Shown here in pieces: positions 24,115 through 34,699 of a stretch of DNA of 64,000 nucleotides; the first letter of the stretch is position 1, and each line of letters begins with the position of its first letter. The stretch spans positions 1,408,001-1,472,000 of the forward strand of contig CAVWLP010000003.1 in the NCBI GenBank assembly GCA_963755915.1, given 5' to 3'. Both the position numbers and the translations under genes were made by a program. This DNA comes from an uncultured Phycisphaerales bacterium. Lineage in GTDB: Bacteria > Planctomycetota > Phycisphaerae > Tepidisphaerales > Tepidisphaeraceae. Below the pieces are notes generated by a model. That model searched no databases. It was not told where the DNA came from and saw only the letters and a list, made by a program, of their open reading frames with translations.

Positions 24115-24660
24115 ATGTCCAAGTCTGTATTTTGTATTGCGACCCTTGAAGAACAAGCGAATCGCATCATCGATTCCCTCAAAGCCGCAGGTTTTTCGAA
24201 CAATGACATCTCGGTGTTGTTTCCCGACAAAGGCACCACCAAGAATTTCGCCCATGAAAAGAACACCAAGGCCCCTGAAGGCGCCGTAACCGGCGCCGGC
24301 ATCGGACTCGCCGTCGGCGCCACCCTCGGCTGGCTCGCCGGAATCGGCCTGCTCGCCATTCCGGGCGTCGGGCCTTTCATTGCCGCAGGCCCCATTATGG
24401 CCGCCATGAGCGGCGCCGCGGTCGGTGGCACCGTCGGTGGCTTCACAGGCGCCCTCATCGGAATGGGCATCCCGGAATTTGAGGCCAAGCGATATGAGGG
24501 CCGCATCAAAAGCGGCAACATCCTCATCTCCGTTCATTCCGAAAGCTCCGAGGAAACCAGTCGAGCCAAGAAAATCTTCGAAGCGGCCGACGCCGAGGAC
24601 ATTTCCACCGCCGGTGAGACTCGAACCGGCAGCGACAAAGTAGCCACAGCACGAAGGTAA
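24115..24660 (+). CDS. General-stress-type membrane protein with Gly/Ala-rich hairpin
   Basis: GFSNNDISVL, TKAPEGA, LAIPGVGPFIAAGP, GIPEFEAKRYE..IKSGNILISVH. Confidence 0.8.
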   Translation: MSKSVFCIATLEEQANRIIDSLKAAGFSNNDISVLFPDKGTTKNFAHEKNTKAPEGAVTGAGIGLAVGATLGWLAGIGLLAIPGVGPFIAAGPIMAAMSGAAVGGTVGGFTGALIGMGIPEFEAKRYEGRIKSGNILISVHSESSEETSRAKKIFEAADAEDISTAGETRTGSDKVATARR

Positions 24661-24685
24661 TTCGTTTAATCAACTGATCGTGAAA

Positions 24686-24718
24686 CTCCCGGCCGGCTTC
24701 CGGAGGGCCGGCCGGGAG
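24686..24718 (+). terminator. GC-rich hairpin after the stress cluster
   Basis: 12-bp stem CTCCCGGCCGGC/GCCGGCCGGGAG; no T-tract. Confidence 0.45.
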
Positions 24719-24755
24719 ACACATCAGCAATTTCCATCCCAACTTTCTTGCCGCG

Positions 24756-25707
24756 ATGCGCCTACCCCCTTCTGGAAATCACCACGTGCTGATCACCGGC
24801 ACAAGCACCGGCATCGGCCGTGCCTGCGCCTTTGAACTCGCCCGCCAGGGATTCTCCGTTTGGGCTGGAATACGCAATTCCGCCGAAGCCGATTCAATAA
24901 ACCAAGCAGGCGAGACGACCCCAACTCCTATCCGACCTATAGAGATTGATGTCACCGACATGGTGTCAATTCGCTCGGCTCAAAAAGAAATTCGTTCTCA
25001 TGTCGGCGATGACGGACTATATGCCCTCGTAAACAACGCAGGCATATGCGTCGTCGGTCCGGTGGAATTCATCCCCCTGGAAGCGTGGCGCCAGCAGCTT
25101 GACGTCAATTTCTTCGGCGTGATCGCCGTCACACAAATCATGCTGCCCCTCCTTCGCGCCAACAATTCCCGGCCCGCCCCACACAGATCGCGCATCGTCA
25201 ACATGGGTTCGATCACTGGCGAGATCTCAACTCCCCTCTTCGGCGCATACAGCGCCAGCAAGTTCGCGCTTCGGGCAATGAATGATGCGCTCCGACTCGA
25301 ACTGCGGCCAGAGGGAATTCACGTTTCTCTCATCGTCCCGGGAACGATCCAATCCGAAATCTGGCGGAAAGAAAAGGAGTGTGTCGACGCCATAGTCGCC
25401 GGCTCCCCCGCGCGTGCAATACGGCACGCTCATAGACAAGGTTTCTGGTTACGTCTTCCGCTGCGCCGAGCAGGCCCTTCCCGCACAGCGCGTCGCGGAT
25501 GCCGTTCAGCAATGCCTCACCAGCCTCAAACCGCGAATTCAATACCGTGTCGGCTGGGAGGCACAGGTCGGCTCACCTGCGAAAAAGTTTACACCGGCCC
25601 GACTCTTCGATTTCCTATTGGCCCGCAAGCTCGGCGTTCCGGGCAGCCGCGCTTCATCGTCATTACTTTCCCCGGCGCCAAATAACACCGCTGATGCAGG
25701 CGTCTAG
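24756..25707 (+). CDS. Short-chain dehydrogenase/reductase (frameshift near 25412)
   Basis: ITGTSTGIG, VNNAG, YSASK. Confidence 0.88.
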
Positions 25708-25870
25708 CCGCTTCGGGCCTCACCACCGCTTCACACTCCCGCAAAGCGCCCCCGAACCGTTGCCCAGCACCAATTCTTCTCTACTTTCTACTCACTACTG
25801 CTCTACTCTCTCGCGCAGCGCCGGGTATTTTCTTGACTGTTCACGAAATCGTGGGAGCATTACCCACCGT

Positions 25871-26824
25871 ATGCAAAGGCGGGGCTCCATTCTTCTGATT
25901 GCGCTGCTCGGCTGGTCCGCAAAAGCCCTGGCCAGCACAGAGAACCTGGCGATTTCCACTCAGGTCGCCTTCTATCCGGAGGTCATCCAAGGCGCAGAAG
26001 AAGACATCGAACCGGAAATCTCTAACTCCGGCACCGAACCCGGCACCTACACCGAGGCGGCAACCTACGGTCCCGATCAGGTCAGCCTCGGTTCCTATTC
26101 GGGCACTCTCCAACCCGGCACCGATCTCTCCAACAATTTCCCGCTTGATACGACCGACGTCCCGCCCGCCGCCTATCGCGTTTCGGCAACGCTGCAAGAC
26201 ACCACGCCCGGCAGTACCGCCCCCGCAATCACCGTCAACTCGCAATTCACCGTCGAGGCGCATGCGGCTCCCGCGATTTATCTGCAAGACGAAATGCTCC
26301 CCCTGGCCGACTGTGATTCACCACCCGTGCAGTTCCAGACGCGAGAGCTCGACCCCAACTCACTGGCTCAGGCCCCTCCCGCAGGCACCGACGCCGCTGC
26401 AACATTCGCTCCGCAAATGATCGGCGACCCGCCGCCCGGCGTCCCCACTGCCGAGCTGGATCTCGACAGCATTACTTCCACCGGCAGCCCCTATATCACC
26501 ACGACTTTGCAGCCGTTCATCGACCTTCCCTCCGACGACAATCCAGCCGAAGGACTCCCTTTCCAGGTCTATGCATTTGTCCCCGCCCTGGGCGATTACT
26601 CAACCACATTTACGCTTTATTATTCCGATGAACAGGACCTACCCGGCGCCGACGCACCCGGATCCGAAACCGCTTCCTTCACGGTGGCAGTCGATATGAC
26701 CGCCACCACCGCCGACTGGACGGTTACCGTGGTCCCGGAACCGGCATCCTTCGGATTATTGACCATCATCGGCCTGGCATCGCTGGGACGTGGAAGCTGG
26801 TTGAGGCAAATGTGCCGGGGGTGA
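25871..26824 (+). CDS. PEP-CTERM sorting-domain protein
   Basis: Signal peptide MQRRGSILLIALL..., acidic beta-rich body, VPEPAS + TM + basic tail. Confidence 0.8.
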   Translation: MQRRGSILLIALLGWSAKALASTENLAISTQVAFYPEVIQGAEEDIEPEISNSGTEPGTYTEAATYGPDQVSLGSYSGTLQPGTDLSNNFPLDTTDVPPAAYRVSATLQDTTPGSTAPAITVNSQFTVEAHAAPAIYLQDEMLPLADCDSPPVQFQTRELDPNSLAQAPPAGTDAAATFAPQMIGDPPPGVPTAELDLDSITSTGSPYITTTLQPFIDLPSDDNPAEGLPFQVYAFVPALGDYSTTFTLYYSDEQDLPGADAPGSETASFTVAVDMTATTADWTVTVVPEPASFGLLTIIGLASLGRGSWLRQMCRG

Positions 26825-26902
26825 AAAGGATTCGAGGAGTCGGTCGAATCGCCTCAGGGTCGAAGGCCATCGAACCGCTGCGCCAGGTCCCCACCACGCC
26901 CC

Positions 26903-29347
26903 TCACTTCCTGAACCTTTCAAGAAACGTCCCCACCGCTCCAAGAATCCGATCCATCACCTCGGGCTGCGGAACCGGAATCTTGAGATAGCTCTCCCCCG
27001 TCCTGTCATCCCGATGCACGAGCGAAACGCCGCCCGGCGCCTCTGCCGGTCGCGAGGCGCTGGCGCTGCCGGCTCGGGCCAATTGTTCCAAAAACGCCAA
27101 GCCCGTCTGGAGCAATCCACCCAATGGATCCGCGGTCGCAACTGATGTCGCCGTCCCACCCTCTTGCCGATGCGCCGTCTCCAATTCCGCTGCATCACCC
27201 TCTCCATTCGTCTCCGCCTCCGCAACTTCGGTTGGATCCTGGGCCGCCTGCGCGGGGATCCCGTCGGTCGTCTTCTCCACCGTTTCCATGAATCGGTTCA
27301 ATCGGCTTCCCCCAAGGAACACTTCCTTCTCTCCTCCATCCAGCGCCCCCGCAAAAAGAGACTTCTTGAACTTCAATATCGAAAGCATCCCCTGCTCGAT
27401 CGTCCCCTGCGAAACGAAATTCACCACCCGCACCGGCCGGCGTTGCCCCAAACGATGAACCCTCCCGATCCTCTGCTCGAGCACCGCCGGGTTCCAGGGA
27501 ATATCCACGTTCACGACCACCGACGCCTGCTGCAAATTCAACCCCACCCCGCCCGCATCCGTCGCCAGAAACGCCCGGCATCCCTCATCCTCACGAAAAC
27601 GGTCCACCAGCGCCTTGCGCTGCCGGCCTGGAACGGCCCCGTGAAACAGCACGTGCCCCCATCGCTTCTTCTCCAGGCGTCTTACCAGCAGCTCGTGCAT
27701 CCTGACCCACTGGCTGAAGATCACCACCTTCGTCCCGGGCTGTTCCAGAGTTTCACCGAGCAACGTCGCCAGCTCATCCGCTTTCACCCCGAAATCCGTT
27801 TCGTGATCCAGAAGATACGTGCTGTCGCAGCTCATCCGCATATTCTGAAGCGCAATCATCAGTCTCCGCTGATCCGCTTCCGACAAAAAACGCGACGTCC
27901 GCCATCTCGCCACGATTCGCGCCACCACCTCCCGGTTCTCCTCATGATGCAGCATTTGCTCCGGCGTCATCGGCAAAAATAAATGCTTGTCCAGCCGCTC
28001 CGGAAGCTGCGCCAGCACCTGGCTCTTTTTCCGCCGCAGAAGAACCGGCGCCAGCGTTTTACCGATCGAATCCAGGTTCTTGTAACCCACCACGCGCCCC
28101 GACTCCTCGTCGTGAATCTGGTGATCCGCCAAAAATTGGAACGTGGGCCCCAGCCGATGCCGATCCACGAATTGAACCAGCGAAACCAGCTCCTCCAGCC
28201 GATTCTCCAGCGGCGTGCCCGTGAGCACGATCGCATAGGGCGACGCGATCCGCTTCACCGACCGCGCCACCCGCGTATTCCAATTTTTGATCCGCTGGGC
28301 TTCGTCCAGAATCACCACGTCCGGCGACCACCCCGCAATCAAATCCAGGTCGCTATGCACCGTGTCATAATTGACAATCTTATAAAACGACTTCGCCGAA
28401 TAACCCCGCTCCCGCCGCCCGCGCAACCCGCCAACGACTTCCACATTCCGATCTGCAAATCGCGCAATCTCACGTTCCCACTGGTGTTTCAGCGATGTCG
28501 GGCAAATCACCAGCACCCGCTCCACCCCAAACTCCCGCGTCATGATCTCCACCGCGGCAATCGCCTGGATCGTCTTCCCCAGCCCCATTTCATCGCCGAT
28601 GAGACATCTCCCCGCCCTCGCGGCGAAAAGCGCCCCTTCTCGCTGGTAATCGTAAAGCGCGACCTTTACCAGATTCTCCATCATCCGGCTGCGAATCCCC
28701 TTCCCAAACGCTTTCGCCAGCCGCTCTTCCCGCCGTCGGCGGTCCCGCACCTCCGCGATAAATCCCAGCACATCCTCAAAACACCGCACATCATGCTGGA
28801 ATTTTGCCGAGCCCGACAGAAACTCCTCGAACCGCCCGAATGCATCGGGCTTGAGCACCCCCTCCGCATCGAAAAACCCGCGCGCGAATTCATCAAAACC
28901 CCGCCCGGCTTCGCTACCCTTCCGAAACCGGACCTCGCGTTTCGCGCCGTAGCGAAGATACACGTCGCTGTACGCCGGCTTAAACCCGTTCCTCAGCTCC
29001 GCCGCCGCGCCCTTCTGACGTCTCAACTTCGCCAGCGTAAATTCGATGTGCTTGCAGGTCCCCAGCGTATTGGTCACGAAATCCGGACACGAGCAGAAAT
29101 TCTCTCCCAGCCCAGCGCCGCGAATCGACACCCGGTAAACGCTCTTCGTCTGTGGATTCGCCACCTGGAAATCTGAAAAAACCGCCTGCGACCCCAGGTT
29201 CTTCAGCTTAAACTTCTGTTCCCGTCCATATTGCCGCCGCAGCCCAATTTGCCACGCCTCCAGAGACATATCCGGCGGCCGATGGAGCCGCGACAATTTC
29301 TTTTCCACCCCTCGCCTCCCGCACCTTTTCTTTCCAGCTTGCACCAT
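26903..29347 (-). CDS. SWIM zinc finger + SNF2-family helicase
   Basis: CSCPDF.....GTCKH, DEMGLGKT, DEAQ, LTGTPLEN, GGVGLNL, EQRIGRVHRLGQ. Confidence 0.93.
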   Translation of the reverse strand: MVQAGKKRCGRRGVEKKLSRLHRPPDMSLEAWQIGLRRQYGREQKFKLKNLGSQAVFSDFQVANPQTKSVYRVSIRGAGLGENFCSCPDFVTNTLGTCKHIEFTLAKLRRQKGAAAELRNGFKPAYSDVYLRYGAKREVRFRKGSEAGRGFDEFARGFFDAEGVLKPDAFGRFEEFLSGSAKFQHDVRCFEDVLGFIAEVRDRRRREERLAKAFGKGIRSRMMENLVKVALYDYQREGALFAARAGRCLIGDEMGLGKTIQAIAAVEIMTREFGVERVLVICPTSLKHQWEREIARFADRNVEVVGGLRGRRERGYSAKSFYKIVNYDTVHSDLDLIAGWSPDVVILDEAQRIKNWNTRVARSVKRIASPYAIVLTGTPLENRLEELVSLVQFVDRHRLGPTFQFLADHQIHDEESGRVVGYKNLDSIGKTLAPVLLRRKKSQVLAQLPERLDKHLFLPMTPEQMLHHEENREVVARIVARWRTSRFLSEADQRRLMIALQNMRMSCDSTYLLDHETDFGVKADELATLLGETLEQPGTKVVIFSQWVRMHELLVRRLEKKRWGHVLFHGAVPGRQRKALVDRFREDEGCRAFLATDAGGVGLNLQQASVVVNVDIPWNPAVLEQRIGRVHRLGQRRPVRVVNFVSQGTIEQGMLSILKFKKSLFAGALDGGEKEVFLGGSRLNRFMETVEKTTDGIPAQAAQDPTEVAEAETNGEGDAAELETAHRQEGGTATSVATADPLGGLLQTGLAFLEQLARAGSASASRPAEAPGGVSLVHRDDRTGESYLKIPVPQPEVMDRILGAVGTFLERFRK

Positions 29348-29470
29348 CCCCGATTACTAACGCGCCCACCCCTCTCGTGCAAAGCCACAGCATTCCCTTT
29401 CACACTTTCACACCTTCAAAATTTCACGCTTTATCACAAAGCGGCCTCCCGCCGCACGACCTCCCGCCTA

Positions 29471-29702
29471 TGCGGAGTACCGCTCCTCGCCTCCGGCTAG
29501 AACGGCCTCCGGCCTTAGAATTGCGGAGTACCGCTCCTCGCCTCCGGCTAGAACGGCCTCCGGCCTTAGAATTGCGGAGTACCGCTCCTCGCCTCCGGCT
29601 AGAACGGCCTCCGGCCTTAGAATTGCGGAGTACCGCTCCTCGCCTCCGGCTAGAACGGCCTCCGGCCTTAGAATTGCGGAGTACCGCTCCTCGCCTCCGG
29701 CT
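29471..29702 (+). repeat. Tandem array: 4 identical 51-bp units plus a 28-bp partial unit
   Basis: TGCGGAGTACCGCTCCTCGCCTCCGGCTAGAACGGCCTCCGGCCTTAGAAT starting at 29471, 29522, 29573, 29624; partial at 29675. Confidence 0.95.
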
Positions 29703-31089
29703 GCGGGCCCCAATTCGCCACCGCGATCGACCAGCACGCCGTCGCGATCACGAAATAGTAATAATTCCCAAACGCCTGCTTATTGAGCGAAAAGAACAGC
29801 ATATGCACCAGCGCCGCCGCCGCCGCGAATCCCGCCGGCGAGCTCGCCGCTCGCCGCACGCTCACCGGGATCATCACCACCAGCGGCAGCAGCGAAATCC
29901 ACAGCGGGATCACAAGATGAGGATCGCACTTGCGGATCACCACCAGGTAGCTCATCGCGTCTGTTCGAAACCCCTGCAAAAATTGAAACACCACGATCGA
30001 GCGCACAAACGCCGGCGCGTTCCACACGAAAAACGGCAGGTTGATGATCGCCACCACCAGCATCGCCTTGAACAAAATGTTCCAAAACATCCGCCAGTGA
30101 TTCGGGCCCGCCAGCAGCAGCGGCAGCAACGGCACCGCCAGAATCGCGTACTGCTTCGACGAAAGATAAAGCCCCAGCACATACGGCAGCGCCTTCGGCC
30201 ACCGGCAGACGCAAAACATGAACAGCGAAAACGTCAGCACCAGAAACGGCTCGGTAAACGAAAGATCCAAAATATAAATCACCCGCGGCGTCAGCAGCAG
30301 CATCGCCCCCGCCAGGGCCGCGATTCGCCCCGGCTTCGTCACGTAAATCAATCCCGCCGACAGCGCCATCGCCATCAGATGCGAATACCGCACATCCTTC
30401 CCCAGCAAATACCCCGGCAGCGTCAGCAACAAACTTAACGGCGGATAAGGAAAACCCACCGTCAGATACCCGTGCGCATCCACTACCCCCGGCCCATAAA
30501 ACGGCGTCCCCGGCGGATAAACGCTTGGATATTTGAACGAATACGGATTCAGCCCGTGCGTCAGCGCCCACGCCGCATCCGACTGGAACATAAAGACGTC
30601 GATGCCGGGAAATTTCGAGTGTTTGTTAAACGCCGTCTCCCCGGCGATAAAAAATGCGCACAGCATGATGACCATCAGCGGCGCGCGCAGCGAACCGATG
30701 TTGAAAAACTGCACACATCCCAGAAGCGCGATCGCGCCGAACGCCAGCGTGATTTGCGGATCGCTGTGCATCCGCCGCATCAGGAAATAGGCTTCGCTCA
30801 GCACCACGCCAACGAGCAGCGTCGGAACCCACCGCCGGCAAAAACCTTCCAGCGGCGTTTTCCTCGGTGCGACCACGCCCACAATGCAAAAGATCAGCCC
30901 GATCGACAGGTAGACCATCGCCTTGGGGTTGTAGCTGCCGTCATTGACATCGATGGAATGCCCCAGGGCGAGCACAAACAGCGCTAGCGAAAAACTGGTG
31001 AGGGCCGAATCGTCTGCGCGGGAGACGGAAATCAGGTCGGGTTTGACGGATTTCGCGACTGTCCGGATTGTGCCGCTTGCTTGAGACAT
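29668..31089 (-). CDS. Polytopic membrane protein, GT-C/GT87-like glycosyltransferase
   Basis: IDVFMFQ..A...L..GLNPY, FPYPP, SKQY, FFSLNKQAF.NYY motifs with about 12 TM helices. Confidence 0.7.
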   Translation of the reverse strand: MSQASGTIRTVAKSVKPDLISVSRADDSALTSFSLALFVLALGHSIDVNDGSYNPKAMVYLSIGLIFCIVGVVAPRKTPLEGFCRRWVPTLLVGVVLSEAYFLMRRMHSDPQITLAFGAIALLGCVQFFNIGSLRAPLMVIMLCAFFIAGETAFNKHSKFPGIDVFMFQSDAAWALTHGLNPYSFKYPSVYPPGTPFYGPGVVDAHGYLTVGFPYPPLSLLLTLPGYLLGKDVRYSHLMAMALSAGLIYVTKPGRIAALAGAMLLLTPRVIYILDLSFTEPFLVLTFSLFMFCVCRWPKALPYVLGLYLSSKQYAILAVPLLPLLLAGPNHWRMFWNILFKAMLVVAIINLPFFVWNAPAFVRSIVVFQFLQGFRTDAMSYLVVIRKCDPHLVIPLWISLLPLVVMIPVSVRRAASSPAGFAAAAALVHMLFFSLNKQAFGNYYYFVIATACWSIAVANWGPQPEARSGTPQF

Positions 31090-31116
31090 CTGTAGGTTAT
31101 GTATAACCCGCCCCAC

Positions 31117-31144
31117 AGCCGGAGGCGAGGAGCGGTACTCCGCA
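31117..31144 (-). repeat. Inverted copy of the 28-bp core of the 51-bp array
   Basis: AGCCGGAGGCGAGGAGCGGTACTCCGCA is the reverse complement of TGCGGAGTACCGCTCCTCGCCTCCGGCT. Confidence 0.9.
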
Positions 31145-31263
31145 CCACTCGGAGGTGGGGGGTTGGAGGCCCCCTTTCGCCGGGCTTTGTAGAATCATCG
31201 GGGAAAATTCGCCTCTAAAGTGAACGACGCGGCGATTCGATGGAGGGGAAGAGGTTAAATCCC

Positions 31264-31742
31264 ATGAAGCCGCAGCAGACTATTGGACAAGACATCAGGT
31301 TCGACAGCGTCCCCGCAGAGATTACCGGACCTTCCAAAGCATCGGGCTCGGCCCAGCGCCAGGGAGAGGGGCCGGACCGCCGCATGTCGGTGCTCGACCG
31401 CCGATCCGGCACCGAGCGCCGCGTGCAAACCCGCGCCGAGTCGGGCTACTCGGGCTCGGACCGGCGCATCGCCGAGAGGCGCGTTGATACCGGTCTCGAG
31501 CGGCGCCGAGGCCCGGGCGCCGGCTTTCGGACGATCGTCGTGCCGCTGAAGAAGGGGAAATGACCGCTCAGCAGTTCGAGTTTGTCATGGCGATCGAGGC
31601 CTATAAGAAGGTCAACAAGCGCATGTATCCCACCTGGACGGAGGTCCTGGAAGTTATTCAGCAGCTCGGATATCGAAAGGTCGCGTCCAGAGCGATCAAT
31701 CTCGAGAATGTCCCCGAGCCGGCATTGGTGAAGGTCGCGTAA
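31264..31742 (+). CDS. Hypothetical protein with (D/E)RR repeats (frameshift near 31516)
   Basis: The corrected frame joins ...ERRRGPG to RRLSDDRRAAEEGEMTAQQFEFVMAIEAYKKVNKRMYPTWTEVLEVIQQLGYRK. Confidence 0.7.
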
Positions 31743-32009
31743 GAGCCGGCGAAGCACGGCCAGCGATCGGACCCGTCCGATAAGTTAGATAATCTATAAC
31801 GTATAAACCGCATATCAGACCGACCTCGCTGCGGGCGAGGTTTTGAATCAACCAAAATTCTTATGACGATTTCAAAGAATATGTTTTCGCAAACGAGGAA
31901 ATAGATTGGAGACTCTAGGCGCTTTGGCGAATTCCTGCTTCTCGCCGAATTCCCCCTCTTTACTCAAGGCTCGCGAGGCCTTCGCGGAGCGGATACAATT
32001 GCTCCTGCA

Positions 32010-33437
32010 ATGCCCAACGACACCTACGAATCCCCGTTGGCAACCCGCAACGCCAGCGCGGAAATGCTCAAGCTCTTCTCCCCGCAGCATAAATTTAAAC
32101 TCTGGCGAAAGCTATGGTTAGAGCTGGCCAGATCCCAGCGCGAGCTGGGCCTCACCCGGATCACGCCCGAGCGCTCCAGCAGATGGAAGCCAGGCTCGAC
32201 GACATCGACTTCGCCCGGGCTGCCCATTGGGAAGCCAAGCTCCGGCATGATGTTATGGCGCATATCCACACCTTCGGAGAAGCCGCCCCGGCAGCCAGGG
32301 AAATCATCCACCTGGGCGCCACCAGCCAATATGTCGTCGACAACGCCGACCTGCTCATCATGCGTGACGCGATGCGGCTTATTGCGGGCCGTTTGGCCGT
32401 GGTAATCGATGCCCTCGGACGCTTTGCCTTGACTTGGAAGGACTTACCGACCCTCGGCTACACCCATTTCCAGCCGGCTCAACTGACTACCGTCGGCAAG
32501 CGAGCCGTCATGTGGCGCAAGAGTTCGTCATGGATCTGGCCGAAATTGAGCATCGAATTGCCGAACTTCAATTTCGGGGGGTCAAGGGGACGACCGGCAC
32601 CCAAGCCTCTTTCCTGGCGCTGTTCGATGGTGATCATTCGAAAGTTGAGGCTCTGGACGAGCTCGTTACCAAAAAATTCAGTTTTTCGAAGTCGTTTTTT
32701 GTGACCGGCCAGACTTATTCTCGAAAAGCCGACTCCCAGGTGGTTTGCGCCCTGGGAGGCGTCGCCGCTAGTATTCATAAGTTTTGTAACGACATACGCT
32801 TACTATCAGGATTAAAGCAGATCGAAGAGCCATTTGAGCAGGATCAGGTCGGTTCAAGTGCCATGGCGTATAAGCGAAACCCCATGCGCTGCGAGGCGCA
32901 ACCGGCCTAGCCCGCTTCGTCATTAGCCTGGTCTCCTCCCCCCTGCAAACCGCGGCAGAGCAATGGTTCGAAAGAACCTTGGACGATTCCGCGAACAAAC
33001 GCCTGAGCATCCCCGAGGCCTTCCTGGCAACCGATGGCTGCCTGCTCATCGCGTGCAGCGTGGCCCGGGGTCTTGTGGTCTATCCAGAGACGATACAAGC
33101 CTCTGTCGAATCTGAACTTCCGTTCATGGCAACCGAGGAAATCCTGATGGCCGGTGTCCGTGGCGGGGGCGATCGCCAGGCACTTCACGAGATCATCCGC
33201 CGCCATTCCCAGGCAGCCGCCAAACAAGTGAAAGAACTGGGACAACCCAACGATCTGCTCAAGCGTCTGGCGACCGAGCCGGCGCTCACCGGAGTTGACC
33301 TGACTTCGGTCCTGGACCCCGCCCGATACGTGGGCCGGGCACCACAACAGGTCGAGCGATTTGTGAAAGAAGTAATCAACCCCATCCGCCACAGTTATCG
33401 GACTTATCTCAGTCAGGACATAGACTTACGCGTCTAA
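32010..33437 (+). CDS. purB: Adenylosuccinate lyase (3 frameshifts)
   Basis: [59 protein letters not shown]. Confidence 0.95.
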
Positions 33438-33594
33438 TCTTCCTTTCCAGGAATTTCACAGTAGCAATTTAAACGCAGAAAATTTATTTTAACTGTTTTC
33501 GAGCGTTTGGCTCGAATAGGGTTAAGACGAACAGTCGTTTCTTTGTTGTATTCCGCTATATCCGGGCTATCTTAAATGTGGTTCGGTGTGGAAA

Positions 33595-34593
33595 ATGCAT
33601 ATGGAAATACAGACATCTAGCGAGTTTACCGGGACACAATCTATATCATCTGGCACGGCGGAGCTTGTCGGTGATTCACCGACAATGGCGGGCCTGAAGC
33701 AGACGGCGCTTGATCTATCGCCCCGTCGCTCAACCGTCATGATCCTTGGAGAGACCGGCAGCGGCAAAGAAATGCTCGCGCGGTTTATCCACAACAACTC
33801 CCCGCGCGTTAACAAACCCTTCATACCCGTCGATTGCTCGTCGCTGAGCGACACGCTCTTCGAGAGCGAGCTTTTCGGCCATGTGAAGGGCGCCTTCACC
33901 GGCGCGACGCGCGATTCGCTCGGTTTCATCCGGGCGGCCGACGGCGGAACCCTTTTCCTCGACGAAATCGGTGAGCTGAGCCTGCACCTGCAGTCCAAGC
34001 TCCTCCGCGTTCTGCAGGAAAAGTGCGTGATTCCCGTCGGAGACTTCCGGGCCCGCCCGGTCGATATCCGCGTGGTCTCGGCAACCAACAGGCCTTTGGA
34101 TGCGATGGTCCGGGAAGGCACATTCCGGCAGGACCTTTTCTTCCGCCTCAACGTGGTGGTGCTGAAGCTTCCACCGCTTCGCGAACGCCAGGCCGACATC
34201 ATTCCGCTTGCCGGGCACTTCCTGCGTACGCAAGCCGAGCTGTATGGCGAACCCGTCAAGCAGCTTGCTCCGCAGACGATTTCGCTGCTCCAGGAATATG
34301 GCTGGCCGGGCAATGTCCGCGAACTGGCCAACGTGATGGAACACGCTCACGTGATCGCCGCCGGCCCGGAGGTCACGATCGCCGATCTTCCACCGCGGCT
34401 CCAGTCCGCCGGGGGCATGGATACCCCGGAAGATCTCAGCCTCCAGGACGTCGAACGATGCACCATCGCCAAGGCCCTGAAGAAGATGAACTTCAATAAG
34501 GCCGCCGCGGCGCGGCTGCTGGGAATCAACATCCAGCGGCTCAATCGGCGCATCAGCCGGCTTAACATCCGGATTCCGGAACATCAGCGCTAA
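33595..34593 (+). CDS. Sigma-54-dependent activator (AAA+ and Fis HTH)
   Basis: GETGSGKE, ESELFGHVKGAFTGA, LFLDEIGE, FRQDLFFRLNV, WPGNVREL, AARLLGI. Confidence 0.93.
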   Translation: MHMEIQTSSEFTGTQSISSGTAELVGDSPTMAGLKQTALDLSPRRSTVMILGETGSGKEMLARFIHNNSPRVNKPFIPVDCSSLSDTLFESELFGHVKGAFTGATRDSLGFIRAADGGTLFLDEIGELSLHLQSKLLRVLQEKCVIPVGDFRARPVDIRVVSATNRPLDAMVREGTFRQDLFFRLNVVVLKLPPLRERQADIIPLAGHFLRTQAELYGEPVKQLAPQTISLLQEYGWPGNVRELANVMEHAHVIAAGPEVTIADLPPRLQSAGGMDTPEDLSLQDVERCTIAKALKKMNFNKAAAARLLGINIQRLNRRISRLNIRIPEHQR

Positions 34594-34624
34594 ACGCTGA
34601 AGTCTGAGGGAACTCCAATCAGTC

Positions 34625-34660
34625 AAGAAACCCACGGCAAAACCGTGGGTTTTCTTTGTT
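34625..34660 (+). terminator. Intrinsic terminator
   Basis: AAACCCACGG-caaaa-CCGTGGGTTT stem followed by T-rich tail. Confidence 0.7.
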
Positions 34661-34699
34661 TGCAGTAGGGGTCATCCGCGCGTATTTTGGCCCGGTGAC

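Noticed and set aside
26903-29347. Anti-phage defence system around the SNF2 helicase
   Set aside because: No methylase, nuclease or other defence partner adjacent.
29471-29702. CRISPR array
   Set aside because: The would-be spacers are all identical and no cas genes are present; it is a tandem repeat.
29377-30438. ORF with 17-aa repeats (LRSTAPRLRLERPPALE)
   Set aside because: By-product of a 51-bp unit and the antisense frame of the GT-C gene.
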